The translations under genes were made by a program, and so were the position numbers. The notes under the pieces are model-generated. The model worked only from the letters and a program-made list of their open reading frames with translations. It had not been told where the DNA came from and searched no databases. From a virus, in the IMG/VR virus record IMGVR_UViG_3300016471_000863: a stretch of 64,000 nucleotides of DNA; one strand, written 5' to 3'. Within the stretch, counting starts at the first letter, position 1; each line of letters starts with the position of its first letter. Shown piece by piece: positions 36,383 through 45,901 of this stretch.

Positions 36383-38209
36383 TCAAGTTCTTCGATTGTC
36401 GATTAAATTAATTTTAATATTTTCTTGTGTTTGCAGATCTACGTTTATAAGCTGTAATTGATATGAGGAATCTGCGTCTGTTTTTAACACATTTAAATTA
36501 TTTGAATTTGCATCTAATACGGTCATGAATTCAGGATTAAATACAATTTCTAAATTTTTATGATTGCTATCCCTGATGGTATCTACAAATGTATCTCTTA
36601 GCAGATATGCATTTGGATAAACTTTAGGTGCTCCCGCTAGGGAAACAGGCTTGATTATAATTTTATTAGCAAATTTATCAAAATAACATTCAAATTGAAT
36701 GCTATAATTTGAGCTATAACCGTGTGCATCAATTGCACATATCGTGTATATAAATCGCGAATCTTTTGTAAACTCTGCATCTAAGTAATAACTTTTTGGA
36801 GAGGTTAATTTTTCTATCAATTCTTGATTGGGAGTTTCTGGTAAAACTAGAGGAACTGAAGAATCATTGAAATCATACATTTTTATCAATTCAAATGGAT
36901 CTTCGATTTTATTTCTTCTAAATACTTGAAAGTATTTTATATCTCTTTGAGGATTTGGTGGAAAAGACCATGTTAATCTAGCGGCTTGTCTATAAGAATC
37001 CCATCCAACTTTAAAATCTGCTACTTCTGGCGGAGCTACAAATTCTTCTGTTTTAACAATTATTTCATTGCTTGGTTTTGAGGCAACAAGAAATGATAAT
37101 GCGGCTATAGAATTAAATTCACTGTCTTCAACGGCTATTTCTACATAAACGATACTTTTTATTTTATATCCATATGTACTTCCATATTTGATTTTAATAT
37201 CTGCGGTTGTTGAAGCGTTCTTGTTTTCTACAACTATTGGTTCTCTATCAATTGAAGTACCATCGGAAAAATATTCTTTCTTTTCTATTACATAACCAAC
37301 TACCTGTACGGTAGAATCAAATGCGTTAGGATCTATTCCAGATCTAAAGTCAATAAAATCATAGAATTCAAAATCATAATCTGACCCGTTTAACATTGAA
37401 GAATCTTTTTCTATCAATGCTTTTTCTTGGATATTTTTTGTTTCTTCTAAAATTGGCTCCAATTCATCTTTAAACAAAGATATTGTATTATTCTGCGAAG
37501 TTTTCAATATTGAATTAATAAATTTATTATTTATTTGGGCTCTGACTTTTACATTTCTCGTTCTATCTTCTAGTTGTTTAGACAATGCATCTATGCCAGG
37601 ATCAGAATTTTTTAAAAACAAGATACCATTATTTTTCATTTGCACGAATGCTTTTGCCAAAAAATTTCCATCAATCAAATCCGAAGTATTGTTATTGATA
37701 AACTTAACAACATCCAATTGAGATCCTTCAATTAATCTTTGTCTTTTTGCAGCCTCGTCAGGGTTTGCTGCCGAGTCTATATTATTTTGGTCTGTAATAA
37801 TTTCAGAAAGCTGTCTTTTGATAAAATATTGTAACTTTTGGTCTTGTCCATTATCTTGGAAAGAAATATTTGTATATTCGTCGGAAATGAAATTTTCTTC
37901 GCTATGAATTTTATTTAAATTTCTTTTTATTGAAACATTTATAGATAAATCTGGTCGATTTCCATATGGAACACTTCGCCATTCAAATCTAACCAATCTG
38001 GGAATAAATCTTTTAAAATTAATAGAATCTAAAACAACAGAATTAAGATTTTCAGAAGGACGTTCACGTAATCCTTCAATAGTTTCGTTTCCAGAATCAT
38101 TTAATCTTTCATCTTTTGTGAAAAAATTATAAACGAATTCTCCTATGAATTTTGGTACTTCAGGTGCGTCAATAATAATTGTTCTTTTTGATGGTAATGT
38201 TTGAGCCAT
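36383..38209 (-). CDS. Putative virion structural protein (FN3/Ig-like segments)
   Basis: 608 aa within the structural operon. APPEV...LTWSFP...YTICAIDAHG.SS resembles fibronectin type III. Confidence 0.6.
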   Translation of the reverse strand: MAQTLPSKRTIIIDAPEVPKFIGEFVYNFFTKDERLNDSGNETIEGLRERPSENLNSVVLDSINFKRFIPRLVRFEWRSVPYGNRPDLSINVSIKRNLNKIHSEENFISDEYTNISFQDNGQDQKLQYFIKRQLSEIITDQNNIDSAANPDEAAKRQRLIEGSQLDVVKFINNNTSDLIDGNFLAKAFVQMKNNGILFLKNSDPGIDALSKQLEDRTRNVKVRAQINNKFINSILKTSQNNTISLFKDELEPILEETKNIQEKALIEKDSSMLNGSDYDFEFYDFIDFRSGIDPNAFDSTVQVVGYVIEKKEYFSDGTSIDREPIVVENKNASTTADIKIKYGSTYGYKIKSIVYVEIAVEDSEFNSIAALSFLVASKPSNEIIVKTEEFVAPPEVADFKVGWDSYRQAARLTWSFPPNPQRDIKYFQVFRRNKIEDPFELIKMYDFNDSSVPLVLPETPNQELIEKLTSPKSYYLDAEFTKDSRFIYTICAIDAHGYSSNYSIQFECYFDKFANKIIIKPVSLAGAPKVYPNAYLLRDTFVDTIRDSNHKNLEIVFNPEFMTVLDANSNNLNVLKTDADSSYQLQLINVDLQTQENIKINLIDNRRT

Positions 38210-41200
38210 TAGAACCCTGCTTCAATTGTTGTGAAATAATCTTCAAAAATAAGACCATCTGTATTTTCTTTTAAATAAATTTTATTATCTATTCTTATAA
38301 GTTTATCTTGAATATAATTTGATCTATATGCCAACCTTCCACTATCTGTAGCGGTACTTAAAGTTTCATCTACTTCAAATTTAGTTATATCGACGGGTAT
38401 TGTAAATATTCTTTCAAATAATTTTGGCTGTAGTACAGAAGCCTTAATATATTCTGGTTCAAATACAAAGCTGCCATAAGATACAAGCGTCAATATGTCT
38501 TTGACATCAGCATTTAAATTGGGTAACTTTAACATTTCTTCGATTGATAGATTTTGAGGAATCTGTATTCCTAAAACATTTACAATGTAGCCATAAACTA
38601 AATTTAGAAGTTTAGAGTTAATTTGAGTTCCTTGCACATATTCTTTCTCTAAGAATTCATCTTCATAAAATCTTATTCCAGTAAGTAAATTAATATATGA
38701 AGCCAGAAGATAGCTTGTCAAATGATTATTGATTAATTCTCTTTTTTGATCATTTGTTAGAAATCCATATTTGGGATTTAATACGATGTTGCTCAAATTT
38801 ATCTGTTGTTTAGATTTTACATCTTCGTAATCTGTAACAGTTGCTCTTCCTATTAAATTTCTAAAACTTTCCAATGGTCTTGGTTTAATGTTTACTACAT
38901 CTATTTCTTTTTGATAAAGACTTATATCAAATAAAAATTTTTGTGGTTTAAAAACCAAATCATCAAATCGTGCATCTCGTTTATAGACATTTACTGATAT
39001 TACATCAAATTGTTTATCTCTAAATGTTCTCTGATTGATGTTACGCATATCTACTCTATCTGATAATTGCCTAGAAAACCCAGAAGGAATACCGACAGTT
39101 AATAGTTTAATTTTTTTATCTGCTTTATTTATAGCAGTATATTGAAATTGTTGTAACAATAAGTTTAATGTCCTGTTTTCTTCTGGTTGGATTACATCAG
39201 AAATAATAACGTTATTGTACGATGTTCCTGAATCCTGGTTAAATGTTTTATTTGGTATTTTTTCTTTGATTAGATCTAAAGTGTAGATACTATTTCTTAT
39301 TTGAGTAGGGTTTTGCAACAATTCTAATGTTGTAATATTGTTGTCTTTTAAAAATGTTAAAAGAGTATTTTGATTGAAAAAGGTTGTTGCATATCTGCTA
39401 CCCTGTAATAACCAAGAAGAAATAACATACAAAATGTGCAATATATTTGCAATTGTTTTTTCTTCATCAATGATTTTATTTCTTACTGAAAAAAGACTTG
39501 CTCGTGCAACTGCATATGGAGACCTATAGGAAAATATTAAATTAAGATTTAAATTATTTTGAACGATATAAGATGAAATATTGGCTAAAGAAGAAGCTTC
39601 TTGATAGTTTGATGAAATTAGTTCGTTAACATTTTCAGAATTGTCAAATGCATTTCTTACCTCTCTATTTACTTGATTAGAAATATTGGCAGAGGTCGAT
39701 GTATTCGGAGAATTTCTTTGCGAAGAATTATTTCCTGCGATTGTAGAAATTGTTCCAAATCTTGTATCTAATCCGGTTCTAAGAGATGAGTTTCTTCCTT
39801 GTTGTAAGAATGAAAGATCTAAATTTCTTTTTGTAGATAAATCAATAAAATTAGATTTTTGTATTTTATTAGTTATATCGTCTTTGGTTATTGGAGTAAC
39901 TGGAAGTGCTAATAGTTCATTAATTGTATATAGTATATTTTTATTTCCAAAATTATCGACTGTTATTTGACCTTCCAATAGATTGTCAGATCGTTCATAA
40001 GTGCAATAAACATATTTGTTTATATAGCTGGCAAAAATTTCAAAAATCATCAACAGTTGGGTTGATGTACTTAGATAGTTGTATCTCGTTCTACGTGTTC
40101 CATCATCTAATAAATAAGAATTAGTACCTTGAGAAACAGCGGCATCTTGTAAAGAATCTGATATTTTTATAAATTCTTGAATAAAATTCGTAGTGCCACT
40201 GCCAGGATTTAAAGTTTCGTGTATTAATGCTCGATATATCTTACCCTTTTGAAATTTTACTTTGGTAAAATTATTTATCGAAGATACTGCACTGGTTGTG
40301 ATATCAAAAGTATTCGGAGAAAAACTTCTTCTAGAAACGGAAGTATTAAGTCCATCATTTGTAAATGCTCGTATAACTGGTCGGCGGATTCCTTCGGTTT
40401 CACTAAAATCAAAAGTCGAAGCATAACTTGGTGAAACAATATTGGTAATTGTAAAAACTCTATCTTCAATTTGTCTAGCGATAAGACCTAAAATAAAACT
40501 AAGATTACCAGCTACCTCATTGTCATTTAATTTTCTTACAATACCTGTAGTGGCAGCAGCAGTTAGATTACTTGTTGTTACCAAATCATTCGCTAAAAGA
40601 TTATATATTTCTCTTTTTTCTGATCTCACGGTTAATTTATTAATTGTGATACCTGCCAAACAAATATATTGAAATAATAAATTTTTTAGTTGCGGATCTC
40701 TATTTGCCAATTTGAATAATGCCGATATAATAACTTGATTTAAATTTAAATTTCTTGTTAAATTTATATCCATTAATGTAGTTAAATTATTTTTAATAGA
40801 ATTTAAAAATAAATCATTTATTTTTGTAGATATTAGTGGACTGGTTGGATTGTCAAAATCAAAGATATCTTCTATGATGCCACGAGCAGCGTTGGTTATC
40901 GTAGCGAATTTTGTTACATAGTCCGTATAAGGTTTTGTATTAAACGAAGGCGTATTTTGATTAACGTTTATGATTGAATCAACAAAATAATTGCTACCTG
41001 GAACATAAACTTGCCTTTGCTCTTCGGAATCTATATATTTGCTTTCAAAAGGTAAAATCATTCCGCCACCGATATCTGTAACATACAAAAGAGAAGAAAG
41101 GCTATTTGTACCTTCGGGTTTGTCAAAAATATTAGAACCAACTTCGCCAATTATGTTATCAAATGGATTACCATTTGGTTGAGCATTGAATCTACCAGCC

Positions 41201-42471
41201 AACGTTAATTGAACGTTACGTTGACCCAAGCCTTTTGAAACTCGAAATTCTTTACTTATAAGAGTAGTTAATATTTTAATTCTATCATCAGGATTTTCAG
41301 GTAAAGAATTTATAAAAGAATTAAAGAAATTGGGTTCTGTAGCATTCACAACTCTACTCGAAGAACGCAAGGTAGAAATATTAAAATTAAAAGTTTTTGA
41401 AGTCGTATATGATTTGTCTATTTTTATGGGAGATATGTCGTTTACTCTATCATCATCTGTTATATCTAATAACGAAAATGAATAAGTTTCTAATATTGAT
41501 CTAAAATCTGATAATAATTGTAATATTATTTTTGTATCTGAAAATGATGCAAATTTTACAAGATTATATTGCATTTTCTTTTCAAAGAAACGGTCTAATG
41601 AAAGAAAATTTCTACTGTAAAGATTAGATGGTATCTGTTTTATATTAAGAGATTTTTTAACAATATCAATTGTAGATAGTGCATTAGAAAAAAAAGAAAT
41701 TGTAGTATCCAGGTTTCTTATCGTTTGATCATACTCAGTTCTAATTTCATTTACTATATTCTGTATTTCTTTTATTTTTTCTTCCCGAGCATTTAATCTA
41801 TTTTTAGAAGAACCATCTATTTTATTTATTGGAGTTACTGTAGAATTGTTTCCTAAAAGATTAGGATTTAAATAAGCTTGAGCGGCTGTAATTTTTGAAC
41901 CTTTAATATTAGAATTTGTTTTGTTTTTTACAACAGTTTTTTCAATATTGCTCATCATTCTAACTAATGTTTCTTGTCTGAGGTTAGAAGCCTGATATTG
42001 CAAATTGATTAAGTCTCCGGCAGGAGTAGTGTTTTTTGTTAAGAAAAAATTTTCCGCTCTAAATGAACTGTCTCCTGTGTAAATTGGCAAAAAATCAATT
42101 GTTGATAATATTTCTGGTCGCAATGCCGATATTCCATTTTTTGCTATTGGCTCAAATTGTCCATTTACTATAGTAGTTTGTGCAACAGATAAATTATCTA
42201 TGTCATATGTTTTTATATTTCTAAATGAAAATAGTGGTCGCAATATTTGTACAGCAGGATTTGTTTGTAGAAAAGGTCGTCCAGGTAAAATATTAGGAAC
42301 ACTGCCAGGATTTGTTGAAGCACCAGAAAATACTCCTATTCCGGTGCCGCCTGCACCAAAACGTGCTCGATCATCAGATGTGCTTACGGTTGCACTTCTT
42401 GGTTGCGTGCTCAATCCGCCTAAAGATAGAGAATTGTCGTTTCTTAATATTATACCAAATCTTGGAGTCAT
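38209..42471 (-). CDS. Large putative virion protein
   Basis: 1420-aa ORF, translationally coupled within the structural operon. Confidence 0.6.
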   Translation of the reverse strand: MTPRFGIILRNDNSLSLGGLSTQPRSATVSTSDDRARFGAGGTGIGVFSGASTNPGSVPNILPGRPFLQTNPAVQILRPLFSFRNIKTYDIDNLSVAQTTIVNGQFEPIAKNGISALRPEILSTIDFLPIYTGDSSFRAENFFLTKNTTPAGDLINLQYQASNLRQETLVRMMSNIEKTVVKNKTNSNIKGSKITAAQAYLNPNLLGNNSTVTPINKIDGSSKNRLNAREEKIKEIQNIVNEIRTEYDQTIRNLDTTISFFSNALSTIDIVKKSLNIKQIPSNLYSRNFLSLDRFFEKKMQYNLVKFASFSDTKIILQLLSDFRSILETYSFSLLDITDDDRVNDISPIKIDKSYTTSKTFNFNISTLRSSSRVVNATEPNFFNSFINSLPENPDDRIKILTTLISKEFRVSKGLGQRNVQLTLAGRFNAQPNGNPFDNIIGEVGSNIFDKPEGTNSLSSLLYVTDIGGGMILPFESKYIDSEEQRQVYVPGSNYFVDSIINVNQNTPSFNTKPYTDYVTKFATITNAARGIIEDIFDFDNPTSPLISTKINDLFLNSIKNNLTTLMDINLTRNLNLNQVIISALFKLANRDPQLKNLLFQYICLAGITINKLTVRSEKREIYNLLANDLVTTSNLTAAATTGIVRKLNDNEVAGNLSFILGLIARQIEDRVFTITNIVSPSYASTFDFSETEGIRRPVIRAFTNDGLNTSVSRRSFSPNTFDITTSAVSSINNFTKVKFQKGKIYRALIHETLNPGSGTTNFIQEFIKISDSLQDAAVSQGTNSYLLDDGTRRTRYNYLSTSTQLLMIFEIFASYINKYVYCTYERSDNLLEGQITVDNFGNKNILYTINELLALPVTPITKDDITNKIQKSNFIDLSTKRNLDLSFLQQGRNSSLRTGLDTRFGTISTIAGNNSSQRNSPNTSTSANISNQVNREVRNAFDNSENVNELISSNYQEASSLANISSYIVQNNLNLNLIFSYRSPYAVARASLFSVRNKIIDEEKTIANILHILYVISSWLLQGSRYATTFFNQNTLLTFLKDNNITTLELLQNPTQIRNSIYTLDLIKEKIPNKTFNQDSGTSYNNVIISDVIQPEENRTLNLLLQQFQYTAINKADKKIKLLTVGIPSGFSRQLSDRVDMRNINQRTFRDKQFDVISVNVYKRDARFDDLVFKPQKFLFDISLYQKEIDVVNIKPRPLESFRNLIGRATVTDYEDVKSKQQINLSNIVLNPKYGFLTNDQKRELINNHLTSYLLASYINLLTGIRFYEDEFLEKEYVQGTQINSKLLNLVYGYIVNVLGIQIPQNLSIEEMLKLPNLNADVKDILTLVSYGSFVFEPEYIKASVLQPKLFERIFTIPVDITKFEVDETLSTATDSGRLAYRSNYIQDKLIRIDNKIYLKENTDGLIFEDYFTTIEAGF

Positions 42472-42475
42472 ATAA

Positions 42476-44938
42476 TTAAATAATCACTAAATTAGTTTTT
42501 GTTGCAGTACCAGGGCTATAATCAAAATATATAGGAATAATTGAATATGTTAGCGCACCAGACTCCCCGTTTGTTAATTTATCTAAAAATTGAAAATAAT
42601 TTGAATTAGTAATATTATGTGCCTTTCCAATTATTGTCTGCATTTCTAGTATATTCAATACTATAACAAAATGATCAATTTTTCCAATGTTTCCTAAAAC
42701 TTTCCATTGAATTAATACTTCATCTTTTTTCGTTCTCGTAGCTTTTACATCGGAAATCGATGGTAAAGTATCTGCCAGAGAAAGAGTTACAGATTTTATT
42801 TCCACTACTCTGCCAAAAGTAAAATCATTTTTTGCATGATTTGAAGCCAAAGTTCTTTCGGTGACAATATTGCCAGCAGTTAACGTTACAGGCTGTAGCC
42901 ATCTAGATGGACGAAAACTATAAGAAAGATTTTGACTTGTAGCTACCGTCCTAGTTAATTTAGGAAGCAGAGTCTCTGGGTTTCTTAAATATGCAGTAAC
43001 TGTATATCGATATTCAAATCCAGATTTAATTGGAGAAATTCCTTTAGGTTTCCCATATTTTAAGTCAGAAAAATTTAAACTATCTATTATTCCGAAAGAA
43101 TCCACTTGATTTGTAGTTACATTTGTTCTTGTTACACCAAAGGAAAATAATTTATTTAAATTTTCTCTATTTTCAAATATATCTTGATTAAATTGTGAAA
43201 TAAGATTTTGCTCTGTTAATAGTTTTTTAACTAATTCAAAAGAATTTGATATATAAGACCACTTAATATTAAAAACTGCATCAAAATTTTGACCAGATTC
43301 TACTACATTAGCATCATTTAATTCTATAGAAAGAATATTATTTGTTATTGGACTATATTCTACGATAATATTATTTGCTGATTTTTCGATTGTACCATCC
43401 TTGTATTCGACTTCGCAAATATATTCATATATTCTATCTTTTTTCACATCATAATCTTCATATGCGATTACATTTGTTGTATTCCCTTCGATATTAAAAT
43501 TTTCTCCAACTTGCACGAAATCTTTCTGTAGAATTTTTTTATCTCTTTTTAAAATACGTAAAATTTTAGGACCAGATGGTACACTGTTAATTTCAATACC
43601 AATGCTCTGAGCATTAATTGTCGCATTAAATCCTACAAAATATTGTTTTCTTTTTTTATTTATATTTTTAGAAATTTGTGAAGTATCAAATTTTATAACT
43701 TTACTTGTGAAAACTGCGGATAAAATTCCGTTTGAATTTACCGGTATAAACCTATAGATTATAGGATGCAAGCTCGCAGCTACATCTTCAAATCGCTGAT
43801 ATCCTTTTTCTTTATTCAAATCAATTTTACCAACAAAATTATATACAGAATCTGTATTTACGACGGTTGGCTTTAATTCTTTTTTGTAAATGTTTATAGC
43901 AACTGCATTTTCATCTTCTTGTTTGACTAAAAAAGATACTTTGCCAGGTTTATTTGCCCCTAAATCAATAACTGAAGGAGGCTCAGTTGGAATATTAATT
44001 GTAGTTAAATTATTTCCATGATTTACGTACACGGATTCAATTTCAAGAGTAGTTTTAGCATTTTGCAATTCAAAAATGACATAAAATTCATTATCTGTAA
44101 TTGCAGTGGAAGGAATTTCTATTTTTTCCGTAACTTCAACATAAGTTATTTGTTTATTAACTAATATATTGAGATAATCGGTTCCATTTAATTCTGTTTG
44201 CGAAGTTAATATTGTTTTATTTAGGAAATTTTCTACTAAAGTAGAAGCGCCTGGATTGTTTTGTAATAATTTTTGATTATAATATGGTTTATTTACGATA
44301 GTACCATCTATTACCTTCTGAGCACTGACAATAGTATTTGTTTTCAATCCATATAAATTAGCAGGATCTATGTTTTTCTCATAAAGTAGATAATTTGCTT
44401 GATTTTTTATAAATTGAGTATTTTCTGTAGGTGTAGAATTGCTATTTGCATCAATCTTATTCAGATTCATCTCAAGAACTGGTAAATTTAAATTTGAATT
44501 ATTTAATTCTTCTACTGGAGCTGGGGATAATTGTTTTATATTTTTAATTGCTATTGTTTGCTTTGTGTTAGCGTTACTCAAAGTACCAGTTAAATTATTC
44601 GGAATTTTACTAGTAATATCAGATTTTTGAGACAAAATATATTCCGTTTTTTGTTGTCTTACATAATCTTTTTGTTTTGATTTTTTTTGTAAAATATTAA
44701 GAACAATATTTTCATTAGAGTTTTTACCATTAGCAAAAACTGGGTTTATTTTTTTAATATAGGGTTTTGTAGATATGTGAATCATTACAGTAAAAGCATT
44801 AGACTGAACTGCCTTTACCGGATCTACGCGATATGTTATTTCGTATACGAATTTACCATTTTTAGATATTTCGCTTAAAATAGCGAAATTTTCCGGTATT
44901 TCTAGGTATCCTCTATCTCTTTTGGCAAAAATTTTCAT
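42476..44938 (-). CDS. Putative virion structural protein (beta-rich)
   Basis: 820 aa with repeated D...YxY beta-sandwich-like segments. Confidence 0.6.
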   Translation of the reverse strand: MKIFAKRDRGYLEIPENFAILSEISKNGKFVYEITYRVDPVKAVQSNAFTVMIHISTKPYIKKINPVFANGKNSNENIVLNILQKKSKQKDYVRQQKTEYILSQKSDITSKIPNNLTGTLSNANTKQTIAIKNIKQLSPAPVEELNNSNLNLPVLEMNLNKIDANSNSTPTENTQFIKNQANYLLYEKNIDPANLYGLKTNTIVSAQKVIDGTIVNKPYYNQKLLQNNPGASTLVENFLNKTILTSQTELNGTDYLNILVNKQITYVEVTEKIEIPSTAITDNEFYVIFELQNAKTTLEIESVYVNHGNNLTTINIPTEPPSVIDLGANKPGKVSFLVKQEDENAVAINIYKKELKPTVVNTDSVYNFVGKIDLNKEKGYQRFEDVAASLHPIIYRFIPVNSNGILSAVFTSKVIKFDTSQISKNINKKRKQYFVGFNATINAQSIGIEINSVPSGPKILRILKRDKKILQKDFVQVGENFNIEGNTTNVIAYEDYDVKKDRIYEYICEVEYKDGTIEKSANNIIVEYSPITNNILSIELNDANVVESGQNFDAVFNIKWSYISNSFELVKKLLTEQNLISQFNQDIFENRENLNKLFSFGVTRTNVTTNQVDSFGIIDSLNFSDLKYGKPKGISPIKSGFEYRYTVTAYLRNPETLLPKLTRTVATSQNLSYSFRPSRWLQPVTLTAGNIVTERTLASNHAKNDFTFGRVVEIKSVTLSLADTLPSISDVKATRTKKDEVLIQWKVLGNIGKIDHFVIVLNILEMQTIIGKAHNITNSNYFQFLDKLTNGESGALTYSIIPIYFDYSPGTATKTNLVII

Positions 44939-44939
44939 A

Positions 44940-45899
44940 TCAAGAAAAGATTAATGTAAACATGTTAACAAAGGTAGACGAACCATTGTTATCGATAAAT
45001 ATCTTACCGGCAAAAAATACATGTTTTGTTGTTTTTTCATTTTCACCAGGAAATAGACCAAAATCAATTACATCTAATTTAATCATTTGTCCTTTTGATA
45101 TTTCAAAAAACTGACATACTAAATTATTTTCTCTAGAAGTTTCTGTAAAATAAATTGAATTTGAATAACCTTTATTTCTCGATTGTTTTAATTCGGATTC
45201 TAAATCCTCATATGTAAGAATTGGTGATTGATTTATGTTAACGTAATCACCTAATGGATTTTTTTCTGTAGAGCCTATTCTTGCTCTATTTACTGGCGGT
45301 AGAAAGCTGAAATTAGGAACGTGACTTAATCTTTTATCTTGAAATAAACTTTCTACTTCATTTATCGTTATCGTCTCTATTCCGTTTGTTTCTATCGGAA
45401 GATTTCCATCAGTTATTTTAAATTTTATTTCTTTAGGATTTATTATAAATTCATTATAATTTACATCTATTGGATCTGGGCTAGCTAAAATTTGTAATTT
45501 TTTGAAATTATCTATACTTGAACTCAATAATACTCCTGCCAAAGAATTAAATTGAGATCCAGAAACAGGAACTTGTTCTTCTCTGTTTGCACCGGATAAA
45601 ATTTGACCATTAGAAATTACAATTTGTTCATTTGCTTGTCCAGGAAACTTTCCAACTAATTTTCCAGAATCATCTGCTTCTAGTGTAATCAGATCCTGTG
45701 GTAAATTTGTTGCCTCAAGACATAAACGATATGTTACATCTAAACCACCAGATATGATTGTATCTAATTGATAGATTGCACCAGAATCTGAAAAAGAATA
45801 ATATTCTGCTTTTAATTTACCAGAGGCAATTTGAGCTCGACCCTCTTGAGTTACAATTGAATCAAATATTCTTTGTTTAGGATTTAAAATTCCAGCCAT
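44940..45899 (-). CDS. Virion structural protein, paralog of 33907-34620
   Basis: MAGIL...FDSIVTQEGRAQIA...SFSD..AIY aligns with DAVLTDQGRQFL...ALGDDEVDY. Confidence 0.65.
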   Translation of the reverse strand: MAGILNPKQRIFDSIVTQEGRAQIASGKLKAEYYSFSDSGAIYQLDTIISGGLDVTYRLCLEATNLPQDLITLEADDSGKLVGKFPGQANEQIVISNGQILSGANREEQVPVSGSQFNSLAGVLLSSSIDNFKKLQILASPDPIDVNYNEFIINPKEIKFKITDGNLPIETNGIETITINEVESLFQDKRLSHVPNFSFLPPVNRARIGSTEKNPLGDYVNINQSPILTYEDLESELKQSRNKGYSNSIYFTETSRENNLVCQFFEISKGQMIKLDVIDFGLFPGENEKTTKHVFFAGKIFIDNNGSSTFVNMFTLIFS

Positions 45900-45901
45900 T
45901 A

